Below are positions 1-10,853 of a stretch of DNA of 28,214 nucleotides, piece after piece. Origin of the DNA: Wallemia ichthyophaga EXF-994 (lineage: Eukaryota; Fungi; Basidiomycota); the NCBI RefSeq assembly GCF_000400465.1, contig NW_008806305.1:1-28214 (forward strand), written 5' to 3'. A program made the translations under genes and the position numbers. Position 1 is the first letter of the stretch. Each line of letters starts with the position of its first letter. A model generated the notes under the pieces. It did no database searches. It had not been told where the DNA came from and saw only the letters and a list, made by a program, of their open reading frames with translations.

Positions 1-514
1 CCGATACTTCACACGGCACACTTATAAAAGCCTCACTACTGTTCTATTGTATCTTAACAAATTACATTCACTTCTATCTATCTGCTTAGCTGTGTACAAA
101 GCCATTCCTCATAGCCTAAGCTAAGACAAGCCCAAACCTTAACATATACAAGAGAGAAAGGCAGTCTTAAATAGTCTAGAGAAAGTTCTGGAAGATTCTC
201 GGGGTTGAGGTCATGTGATAGTTATGTCATCAAAGGTTCCAGTGCGATCTAGAAAGTGTCTTCGTTACAACGAGATGCTATCTCGAACTATCTCACTCGG
301 GCTTATTCGTGCTAGGGCAGCCTATTTCGAATTCTAGACAACGATTACATCAAGAAATTATTATTTTTAACTTTTTACTTTTAAAGATTTTTGGTAATTG
401 TATCGACAATAATTAAATGCTTGTTCACCTAACCTGAAAATAAATGAAGCAATAAATGTAATAAATTAGCAATATTAGTTTAATAAAAATTTAGATTCTA
501 CATTATGGGTCATC

Positions 515-3500
515 CTAGAAAAGTTTCTTTAGGGCCTTTGGGATTTTTGCTCGCTTAGTAAGATAGTACAAAGCGAAGGTCATAATAAAGTTGAAGAGCA
601 CAAAGAGAGTAAATATACCAAAGTAACCCCATGGCCAGCCTTCGCCGGTAAAGACGTGCTTTTGATTCAGAAAGGCACTAGAGTCTGACATAGGACAATA
701 TTGGCAGTTTGTCGTGGCGGTCGGATCAACGAGGTATCCACCAGACGACCGAACAAATGATTCCGCATACGAACCGCATGTTCCACTACCGGGAGGTGGC
801 TGGAAAGTGGCGAGTTCCCTCTCTGAGCAGTTAACACTGACGTTAGAGGCTGTAGCGCCGATAACTCCGTCTAGATAGTATGTGAATGGGTTGAGGTAGT
901 CTGTTTATTTGTTAGAAACATCTTGTCGACAAAAGTTCTACCCACAAACTGTGTACTTCCAGATAACCGGTTGTTGAGCGTAGTTGAGGAAAATACCGTT
1001 AATAAAAAAGAGCAAAATGATGATAAAAGGCATCAAGTTCATGACGACCTTTGGATTTGGGCTCATTGAGCACATCCATGCTGCCATCCAGGTTGAGTAT
1101 ACGAATGCGGCAACGGTAAGAACAAAAGTCAACCCAGCAGGCGATCCCAGTCGGAACCCTCCATCTGCAGTATAAGCAAATGCAGCTGGGAAGTACGAAA
1201 TTATGAAGTAAATTACTGAGTTCATAAAAGTGTACGGCAGCTCAGACATTAAATAACTCATTATGAATGCCTGCCAGCTGTAGATTTTTGACGGTGCCTC
1301 TCTGCTTACGAAGAGCTGGTGACTGATGAAATATTTCGGAGCTGCTGAGACAATCGTGAAAGGAGGCAAAAGCAACAACAAGAAAGCTGCAAACGTCCGC
1401 TCACGAAGATTCGTTGTAGTGGTACCAATTTTGAAGAAGAGGAAACCGTTCATGATGGCGACTGTAACAGTGATAAAGAGCTGACTGTATGTGTAAGATG
1501 AGTCCCTCCAATAGTTGCGACTCATTCGCCCGATGAGTAGCTTTGTTTGAACTGAAAATGGCTGCGAGTACGTTCTTGTCATTGCTTTTGACATCTCCCT
1601 TGGTTTTTGTGATTTCTCAGCGTTGATTTTGTCAACCTCTTGACGAATTTTATATGCCTCCTCTGAATCTTTGAAAGCTTGAGGGAAATCAAGCGGTCTT
1701 CCGTGAGCATCCTTGCTGTAGGCTACCATTTCAATAGCGTATTCAGCGACATTCTCATGTTCTTGGCAAGGCCTAGCACCAATTCTTTTGAAGTATTCGA
1801 CGATGGTGTTACCGTTGTTACCGACTGGACCTTGATAAACCACCCTACCACCAGGTGCGAGTAGGAGAAGACGATCAAAAAACTCAGTGAAGAGTAAACT
1901 CGATGGTTGGTGAATAGTACATAGGATAGCTTGACCGGCATCTGCGAGCTTATTCATAAAACGTCCAATGGAGTAGGCGGATTGAGAGTCTAGACCAGAC
2001 GTAGGTTCATCGAGGAAGAGCAAGACGTCTGGCTTTGCAGCCAGCTCAACAGCAATTGTTACTCTCTTGCGCTGTTCTACACCTAATCCAGCACCTGGTG
2101 AACCGATAATGGCATCCTCAAGGTCATCGAGTTCGAGTAGGTGGATAATTTGATCAACATATGCCAAAACTTCTTCGCGAGGAGTTTCGCGTGGCTGTCT
2201 GAGAATAGCTGAAAACTGAATTGATTCTCTGACAGTAGCAAATGCGTCGTGTAAGTCACCTTGTTGAACATAGCCGGTACCTCTTTGGAATGAGTTAAGC
2301 TCAAGTGGTTTCCCATCAATCAGCATATCTCCGGTAACAACACCCATAGACATTCTCTGCGAGAGCGTGTTGAGAAGAGTCGTTTTACCAGCACCGGAAG
2401 CACCCATAAGAGCAGTAATTGTGCCAGGTTTGATGTAGCCAGTGACGCGATCAAGCAGTAGCTTCTCTCCATCGGGAGTCTGGACGGTGTAAGATACGTC
2501 CTTGAAAGTAAAATCCGCCACAGATGGTTTTATGGCTCCAACGTCAACCTCCTTCTCGACTTGGCCCTTTTCGTTGACTTGCTGGCCGGGTCCGCTCTCA
2601 ATATCACCTACAAGATTACTCTCAGCCTGTTTGGCCTTCTCTGCGCCCTTTTTGGTCTTGGCAAAGACGGTTACACCACCAGAAGCAGCAGTGCTGCTGA
2701 GATATTCAGATGCCAATGCAGTGAAGAGTAAGTATCCAACCAAGAAACAGAATTGATAACCCAAGAACGGCCATAAGTGTGTGTAACCGTAGTTTGCCTC
2801 AACGTAATCTTCACCGCGAACCGTGAGGCTGCCAGGTCTTCCACCTTGGACTGCACAGGTTTGATAGGGAACATCCGCTCCAGGCACACCTCTCGGAACG
2901 ATATCTGGTGTATCGCATGATATGTCAATACCCCTGAACTGACTGACCATCAAAGCTTGGAAAGTGTAGGGAAGCACGTTAACCCAGGTGATCTAATAAA
3001 GGTTTCAGTTAGGCTGCATTATAGAAATGCGACACACTTACCCATTTATACCACCAGCCAATGTCATAGCGGGGAATGGTGTATCCAGCCAAGGTAAAGG
3101 CAATATTGAGCAGGCAAACTGAATATCTGCACGACTTTAGTAAGACTTCATAAAGCAAATAGCTCGCAACCAACCTTATAGCCGATCCAAAATTACTGCA
3201 AAAGGCTGCTATAGCCTTGAAAAGCTGGTTGAATGTGATGGCATTGACAGTGATAAACAAGAAGTAGGTCCAAAATTTGCCCGCATCTGGGTCCAGAGAG
3301 CCAAGAAAGTAAGTGATGACCGAAAACACGCAAATACCGGCAAGAATTACGGGAGCGTCGACCATGAACGCTGCTATTGTGACTGCACTTGGTCGATAAA
3401 GAGCAAAGTCCGCGTGTTTGCTGAGGGTGTTGTCAATATCTGCACTATTGGCAGTTCGATAAATCTTACCTGATTATTTGACGTCCAGCGCAAGCAGCAA

Positions 3501-5124
3501 AGACTTCACTAAGCTGAACCCAGCAGAGGAAAACGGTGCTGTAAAATAGAGTACTGGCCTTGGCGACAACTCCCTGCGACGTGAAGCCCTGCTCGTAGAA
3601 CAATGAACTGATAGTTAGAGCACTGAATATAATGGTTGCAAACTTGGTCTTGAGAGCGCCCAGTTGACTCCTCTGCAACTGAAGTTCACGAATAAAGCAG
3701 TAGTATATTTGCTCCAAGTAGGATACTGTGTACGGTGATGATTTGGCCATACGTCTCTTCTTATCTTCACGCACAGAATGCTTAAACGTCTCCAGATTGA
3801 TATTTTCAGCAGTGATGGCCTCATCCGCTGAAGCAACAGCAGAGTGGTGGTTCTGCGACTTCCTAAACGCCTCTTCGAACTCTTCTGCCGAACGTGGAGC
3901 ACGGCTTTCCCAGCCTTCCTGGATAGTACGCTCGTGTACGTCTGTGATACCAGTGAGGAAATCCGCCGAAGTCTGACGGGGTGGTTTGTAGTAACCCAAG
4001 CCCTCGAAATGAGCCACAGCTTCGTTGGCTGGCCCAAAGTAGATACAGCGACCTTCAGCAATAAGGCAGACCTTGTTGAAGAGCTCGTAGATACCCTCAC
4101 CAGCCTGATAAAGGGTTGCTATGGATGTGCCTCCGGTAAGATCTGTGATTACTCTAAGGCTCTTCACGTAGTCAACAGCAGTCGTGGCATCTAAACCGCG
4201 GGTAGAGTTGTCCCAACACATAACCGACGCCCTCGTAACTAATGTCTCGGCTATAGAAACACGCTTGCGCTCACCACCTGAGACACCTCTAACTACGTCG
4301 TTTCCGACTAGCGTGTTGGCCGTGTGCTCAATACCAAACATCTTGAGAACGGCATCGAGGACGTAATTGACGTATTGCGATCGCCTCATGCCATTTGGAC
4401 GGACACGGGGTGTTTTCTGCTTGATGGCGAATGCTAGAGTCTCCGCGACGGTGAGGGTGGGGAAGTGAATATCTTCTTCGCCATTCATGACGACTTCACC
4501 ACGGAATTTCTCGTTAACCTCTTCAGGAGATAATCCGCCGTAATCAACGTCACCGTCCACAGATACAAATCCTTCTCTTTTATTGGCGAGGGCTTTAAGA
4601 AATGTAGTGCAACCTGAGCCTGGTTTGCCCAAAACAAGCATCATTTCTCCTCCACCTAATGTGCCGTTGAATGAGTTGATGAGGTTGCGCACTGGGGGAC
4701 TTTTGCCGAAGATATTCAGCTGAGGAATGTACTGGGTAACGAAGTGGTACGCATCAGGGCCCAGTGTGCCGATAACTGCGTCCGGAAACGTCTTGATGAA
4801 AGTGGATCCACCACCCGCCCCCTTAACGGTTAGATCCTTCCAGGCAATACCCATATTAGGTTTAGGTGTCTTTCCAACCTTCTCTAATCCCTGCTTCTCG
4901 TTCTGATTTCGTGATTAGAAATGCGCTGTGGCGAGAAGTTCTTTGCTTACATTCACAAAATCTTGCAGATCAAAACTGCCATCTTCAGCTACTGTAGCAT
5001 CTGAAGAGCTTCTTTTAGAATGCTCATTGCCATCCCGACTAAGCTTCTGATTCAGATTGTGGTAGATCTCCTTCGATCTTTCAACATCCACAAGACCCTT
5101 TTCCTGGTTGGGATCTTTTTCCAT
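515..5124 (-). CDS. Full-size PDR-type (ABCG) multidrug ABC transporter, about 1456 aa, 6 exons
   Basis: Exons 4951-5124, 3470-4902, 3175-3420, 3042-3126, 946-2992, 515-900. The GT-AG introns (48, 49, 48, 49, 45 nt) keep frame. NBD1 has the PDR-degenerate Walker A GKPGSGCTT, VSGGERKRVSIAE and CWDNSTRGLD. NBD2 has GASGAGKTTLL, LGVEQRKRVTIAVEL and FLDEPTSGLD. NBD-TMD-NBD-TMD order; C-terminus ...WPWGYFGIFTLFVLFNFIMTFALYYLTKRAKIPKALKKLF*. Confidence 0.96.
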
Positions 5125-5554
5125 ATTGTGAAGATGTTTAGAACGAAGTAGTTGGAGTTAAAGAGTATTCACAACTTTTACCCGAAAGTGATTGATGCTT
5201 ATTAATTGACAGGCTTTGTAAGCCAACGGATACTGCCATAAACTGACAAGAAGAATAAATAATAGTACGGAGTATTACTATCAGCTTCGTAGTAGTATAT
5301 TGGTATAACTTTTGGTCTTTTCTACCGACATATAATGGAGACAGATCCCGACTGAAAAACTGATTTGGAGAATTTGAGATTTTCCGAAATCAGTTGCGTC
5401 ATCGAAGGAGATCTACTTAAACGCTGTTGATTATTCTGAGAGAGAAATACATATCTTAAATCGCACTTATTACACTTTCATTATCTATTAACTGTGACTT
5501 TTTTAGTCTACTTAAAATAAATAGATCTATTGTATTCACATTTCAATACACTCT

Positions 5555-6714
5555 TTAATCAATTTTGTAAAAGGGATAGTCTGTATAACCACGCTCAGTA
5601 CCACCATAGAAAGTGGTACGATCAAAATTCTCATTCAAAGGCCATCCGTTGTGTGCACGCTGAGGTAAGTCAGGGTTGGAGATGAAAAGTTTTCCAAATG
5701 CGACTCCCTCATCATGCTTATCTGCTCTGGCATTGGCAGTCTCAAGTGTGTGATCAGTGTTGCTAATGACGGTTATGCCGGAATTTCTAACAATCTGCTT
5801 AAGCGTGTCGCTCTTGTCGAAATCTTCCTTAGGCGAGCCAGCAGGAGGATCGACAAAGTGAACGTAGGCGAGATTTTTGTACGTACAAACGATGTGCTCG
5901 ACCCATGGTTTGAACTGAGCGAAGGGCTCGTACTCACCGCGCATACCTTGCCAGGCTGAGAAGGGGGACATTCTTACACTTGTCTTGTGTGCTCCGATGG
6001 CTTGTACGACTGCTTCAAGTATCTCCTTTGGTAATTTTAGTGATTCTGCATTGTATTCATCGGATCTTCGATTGGTCTGCTTTTGGATGAATTGGTCGAT
6101 CAAGTAGCCTGAGATAGGGTCAGTCGGAAAATAATCAAATATGTAATTAATTGCACACCATTTGCACAGTGTATTTCAACACCGTCAAAGTTGGCACCCT
6201 GCATCGCGTTGATCGCTGCCTGTTTGAAATGACCAACAAAACGATGTATATCATCCACAGACAATTCCTTTACTTGTCTATCTTTATAGATATCTTCAGA
6301 AGGTCCTTTAAGCTCACTATCCAGGAAAGCTGGATCGGCGACTCTTCCTAAAGCGATGATTTGGTTGTAGAAATAGCCGCCGCGCTGATGTACGGCATCA
6401 ACAATAGATCTCCACTTGTCAACTTGCTGTTGAGTGTAAATTCCCGGCGCATGGTCCATTCCATGTGCTTCGTCCGCAACAATGCAGGCTTCAGAGATCA
6501 GTAGACCGTTCTTAGTAGTGCGTTGAGTGTAATAGTCTTCTACGTAATTTCTAGGCACGCCATTTTTGCCTGTTTGATTTGTAAGACGGGAGTTAGATGG
6601 GAGGATAAACTAACCGTGGGTTCGCAGTCTAGTCAATGGCGCGAGAATGACTCTGTGATCGAGGGTAAAATCACCGATGGCTAGCTTTTGAAACAGACTT
6701 GGATATTTGGACAT
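5555..6714 (-). CDS. Old Yellow Enzyme family NADH:flavin oxidoreductase (ene-reductase), about 354 aa, 3 exons
   Basis: Exons 6615-6714, 6159-6569, 5555-6108; introns 45 and 50 nt. Motifs: HRVILAPLTRLR, YYTQR..GLLISEA, catalytic EIHCANGYLIDQF (spliced), RSDEY, FGKLFISNPDLP and C-terminal TFYGG..RGYTDYPF. Confidence 0.95.
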
Positions 6715-6771
6715 TGATTTGATGCAAGGAACTAATATAAGATTGCTTCCATGGTGAGCTAATTTCCAAGA

Positions 6772-6778
6772 TTACTAA
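6772..6778. promoter_or_regulatory. Putative Yap1/AP-1-like response element (TTACTAA) about 58 nt upstream of the OYE start codon
   Basis: Exact TTACTAA match in the divergent OYE/RasGEF intergenic region. Yeast OYE genes are known Yap1 targets. A single 7-mer can also occur by chance. Confidence 0.35.
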
Positions 6779-7236
6779 GTCGGGTAAACTCGGAACTAAG
6801 ATCTAGTCAATATTTTTTCATTTTTTGTAGGAGTACCTTAAAAAATAGCGTACCTTACCCAAATGCCGAAGCCATTGTACCCGTCAAGTGAAATGTGGAA
6901 TTATTTCAGTAATTTCTTTATATTACAAGGCCATCAATTATAAGTATTTTGCCTTCACTGCTTGTGCCTGCTGCGGTCTCATAAAAAATATAATAATTTA
7001 GAACGTAACTTTTAAAGGTATTTAGGGTGCGCTGTGTGCTCTATTTACGCCGTTTGCGCCGTTAACTTATTGTACCCTGGAAATCTTTAGATCGATGCGA
7101 GGGGTATTTAGTGGTTTCAGTGACTTGCGTAAAATAATATTCAACGCATCTATTTCTACTACTACTCAGAAACCACGCGCACATCGCGTACAACTCTTTC
7201 AACTTCACCTCCATCATCCATCATCACAAAGTCGAG

Positions 7237-10200
7237 ATGGATCCAATTGGGCCTCAGCTGAGGAAGCATCCATCTAGCGACAATCTCCTGCGTGATTTTA
7301 AGCACGAACTCGATGAATTTGACGGTTTAGACTCGAAGCAACGGCCACCCAGCTATCACTACCCATACGCCTATCCACCTACGACTACCAAGCAGAAGAA
7401 GGCGCTGGACGATCCAATTTGTAGTGGCTGGGATAAGCTGGCGCATGAGTTGGCCGGTGATCCACGCTCAGCCCAATCAGCGCGATCATCACAATCAGCA
7501 CAGCACCAACAGCCACCTCCTCTCACCAGACCCAGATCTCACACCCAACCAACTTCCCTTAATCCCTCCGCTGCTTCTGGCTTCTCTATAATCGTCTTAG
7601 GCGCCCAAGGCGTTGGAAAGACTACGGTGATACGCAAGGTGATTTGATAAACACACACACACCCTAATAACTCACCCAATTACAGGGTTTCAGAAAGTAT
7701 GGACTCTCTTCAGCCACCCTCCTATCACCTCCAAACAAAGGTACTTTCATTTTCTCTATTCCACTTTTTGTCTCACCTTCAACCAGGCAAATGTCAGTCT
7801 AGGCAAAGCGTCGTTGAAATACACGGCCAGTCTAAGAATGCTACCATTTACGAGATTGGTTTTGCTGGCCTCAACCTCCACTCAGACAACTTGTTCCCCG
7901 ATTTCGTACACTCCATCGACGCTGCAATAATTTGCTACGACTCCACAAATCAATCTTCCTTTGTCGGCGTCATTGATGTTCTCCACAAAGTCATCCAACT
8001 TGGTCTCCCCAGAGTCCTCCTTGCCACAAAATCTGGCGAAATGATTCCTGCAAAGCCCACAATCAACCCCAATACGGTCGTTAGCATCATGAAACAATTT
8101 GACACCGGTCTCATCGAAACAAATGCTCTGTCAACTGATGGCAGGAGACGTATGCGCGGTGCTTTTGACTGGATCTTCAGGAATATTCGTAAGCAGCGCA
8201 AGGAGACAAGAGACAGGGGTCTTTCAAACTCATCAGCATACTCTGCCTTACCGCATCAATTCACTCATACTCATACTGAAGGTGCTGTGTCACCAGAGGA
8301 GCAATCTCCAGAGCAGCTCCAGAGTGCTCGCATTGTCCCAATGGACATACGCAATGGTGTTTGTACAATGAGTATGAGTAGTACAGAGGGCGATGTAATT
8401 ATGACTGAGGCTACTCGTGAGGCTAAGCGTGGTCTAGAGGAGGCGAAAAACGATACCGCACAGGGGCACATTAACGCGAATCCCCCTATGTACTCCTTCA
8501 ACGACAGCTCTAGCCCTGCCTACCACGATTCTGTAAGTGAGGGTGATCTGGTCGGAGATGCCAAGTTAGAGGCACCCAGCAAAGCACGCGAGCGCACCAT
8601 CTCCGGCCCTGTCTTACATAGCACCCCTATCCCTCCAAGCAACAAAGAGTCTTTCCGTTTTGTGACGCTGGAGGAACTTCTCAACAAGCTCATCTTTGCA
8701 GCCGTTTCAGGTAATGATCAGGAGTTTGTCAAAAGTTTCTTTAGCACCTATAGAAAATTCACAAGGGCTTATATAATTTTAAAGGCCATTCTTAAGCGCT
8801 TCGATGAGGTTTCCAATGATTGTGATAGTGTGTTAGTAACATTCACGCAATCAAGACTTCTCACACTCCTCGACCGCTGGATACGTCACTATCCTGGTGA
8901 TCTGCTCTCGCCACTTCATCGACATCTCATCCAGGAGTTTTTCCAGCGCGCTACTTCTAACATCAGCGTCATACACTTTGCGCCAATCTTGAAGGCCCAT
9001 CTTGACCGTCCGCGAGAGACTTACGACCGCGAGCACAAGTGGTCAGTGGGTGAAGATACCTATGAGAAGGAGTTCCAAACGCTCGTCAATCAATCAGAGA
9101 TACATTTCCAAGACTCACAACTCCCGCTCGGATTGTCGTTCAAGCGCAAGTCGAATAACGCAGCCGTGGTGGTGCCAGATGGAGGAACTGTCAGTCCATT
9201 TACAGAAGACAAGTCTTCACATAAAATTTTGTCCACAGTCAAGCAGGTTACCACTCGTCAACGCTCCGTTAGTGATGTGGGCAAGATTACTGAATCAAGC
9301 AATAACCCATCCACTTTGCATTCGACTCATGCAGACCCGTCTGTAGCTGTGCAATCAAAGTATAAGACGGTTGAAAAAGTGGCACTGAGTATACTCGACG
9401 CAGTGCTCCCAGTTACACCAATAGAGATGGCACACGAATTGACGCGGATGGAGTGGAAACTGTTTGCAAAAATTAGTGACAGAGATCTCCTTAGACATGC
9501 CCTCCTCACAAGCAAAGATAGAGAAGAAGATTCAATAGATGCTCAGATCCGTCACTTTAACTACCTCACTCAATGGGTTGTCAATATCGTCCTTTCACAA
9601 AACAAACCCAAAAGTCGTTTACGTGTGGTGGAATTTATGATTAATGTTGCGGAAGAGCTGCGCAATATTAACAACTACCACACTATGCATGCTGTATTGT
9701 CGGCGTTCGATGTACACGCGCTATACAGATTGATGAGCAGCAGAGTGATTGACATTGAGAGCAACGAAGAGCTTTTTATCAAATTCAAGAAGTTAAAGGT
9801 GAGTGAGAGTATGATTGATGGCTACTTTTACTAAAAACACTATAAACACCAGCTTATATTCACTTCCGATCGCAGCTCAGCTACATATCGAGAAGTACTT
9901 CGCAACACCCCTCTCCCATCTATACCATACCTGGGTGTGCATATGCAGGACATACTCGCATCCGACGCCGCAAATGCGTCAAAGAAGAAGGGTACACATG
10001 GTGAAGAGCTCATCCACTGGTCCAAATTTGCACTCATGGGGGAGGCATGTAAGCAAATTATGAAAAGGCAAAAATACCATCATGAATTTGCGTATAATCC
10101 AAGAGCGCATGATTTAGTTGTGGATGTTCCACTGTTAGATGAAGATGACCTGTTTAAGCGCTCAAAACATGTCGAACAAATACACAAATCTAGTTACGGT

Positions 10201-10344
10201 GGTGCCGGACAGGCTATTATGAGCGCTTCGGCTTCCACCTTTAAGGAAAGTATCAAGAGCGCGTCGAGCTGGAGTAACAACGATGGTCACAATGATAAGA
10301 AGTTTTTCAAGTTGGTGAGAACGGCTATGAATGGCGTTCATTGA
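7237..10344 (+). CDS. Ras guanine-nucleotide exchange factor (REM + CDC25 domains) with N-terminal Ras-like P-loop domain, about 986 aa, 4 exons
   Basis: Exons 7237-7638, 7686-7740, 7787-9798, 9853-10344; introns 47, 46, 54 nt. P-loop IIVLGAQGVGKTT. REM-like TLEELLNKLI...FFSTYRKF...LLTLLDRWIRHYPGD. CDC25-like EMAHELTRMEWKLFAKI...FNYLTQWVVNIVL...INVAEELRNINNYHTMHAVLSA...TYREVL...PSIPYLGVHMQDI. Confidence 0.9.
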
Positions 10345-10356
10345 ATGGCGTTCATT
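10329..10356. repeat. Exact 14-bp tandem duplication (gaatggcgttcatt x2) spanning the RasGEF stop codon
   Basis: Read directly: gaatggcgttcatt gaatggcgttcatt gaa. The TGA stop is at 10342-10344. Confidence 0.9.
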
Positions 10357-10448
10357 GAAAGATGGATTTCCTCCAACGATCGTAGACTTGCAGAGCAGCA
10401 GAATAGCATCAAAATTGTTTTAATTGCCAGGTTTCATAGGGTCTCTTT

Positions 10449-10482
10449 CTCTCTCTCTCTCTCTTTTTTTTTTTTTTTTTTT
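10449..10482. repeat. Compound microsatellite (CT)8 followed by a T19 homopolymer
   Basis: Read directly, in the convergent 3' intergenic region between RasGEF and the DUF4449-like gene. Confidence 0.92.
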
Positions 10483-10853
10483 CCTACTTTTCAATGACAG
10501 ATAAGACAAGCAATCGAAACACAAGACTATCAACATATAGCACAAGAAATACACATGACAATAGAAAGCTCACAGAACAAACAAGCAAACAAATACAAAT
10601 AAACAAACGCCGGAACGAACAATATATATTTCACTCGATAATCTTACGAAATGACGACACATGTACAACTGTATACCATCAAATACATACCCATTATTAG
10701 ATAAAAGATTATTAAATAAATCGTGACAAGGTACTTAAAATAAATCGTTACAAGAAATCATTAGGTTGGGTATTCATTCGTATTCGTTATTTGCATTTCC
10801 AGACACAATAGTAGAGAAAACTTTGGATTTAGATTATCCCACACACTCCGTCT

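Noticed and set aside
1-514. Several TCTAGA words and a small hairpin CGAGAT-GCT-ATCTCG (271-285) suggesting a MITE or solo LTR
   Set aside because: No terminal inverted repeats, TG..CA ends or target-site duplication found; consistent with ordinary AT-rich intergenic DNA.
3615-4194. Alternative-frame and antisense ORFs (161, 116, 82 aa) over the PDR gene, and similar ones over OYE, RasGEF, DUF4449, arrestin and Nha1
   Set aside because: Shadow ORFs of well-supported genes with no motifs of their own.
10449-10700. T19 tract plus an A-rich segment as the poly(A) tail of a retro-insertion, and the 68-aa ORF at 10494-10700
   Set aside because: No TSD or retroelement sequence; fits convergent 3' UTR low-complexity DNA, and the ORF is compositionally biased.
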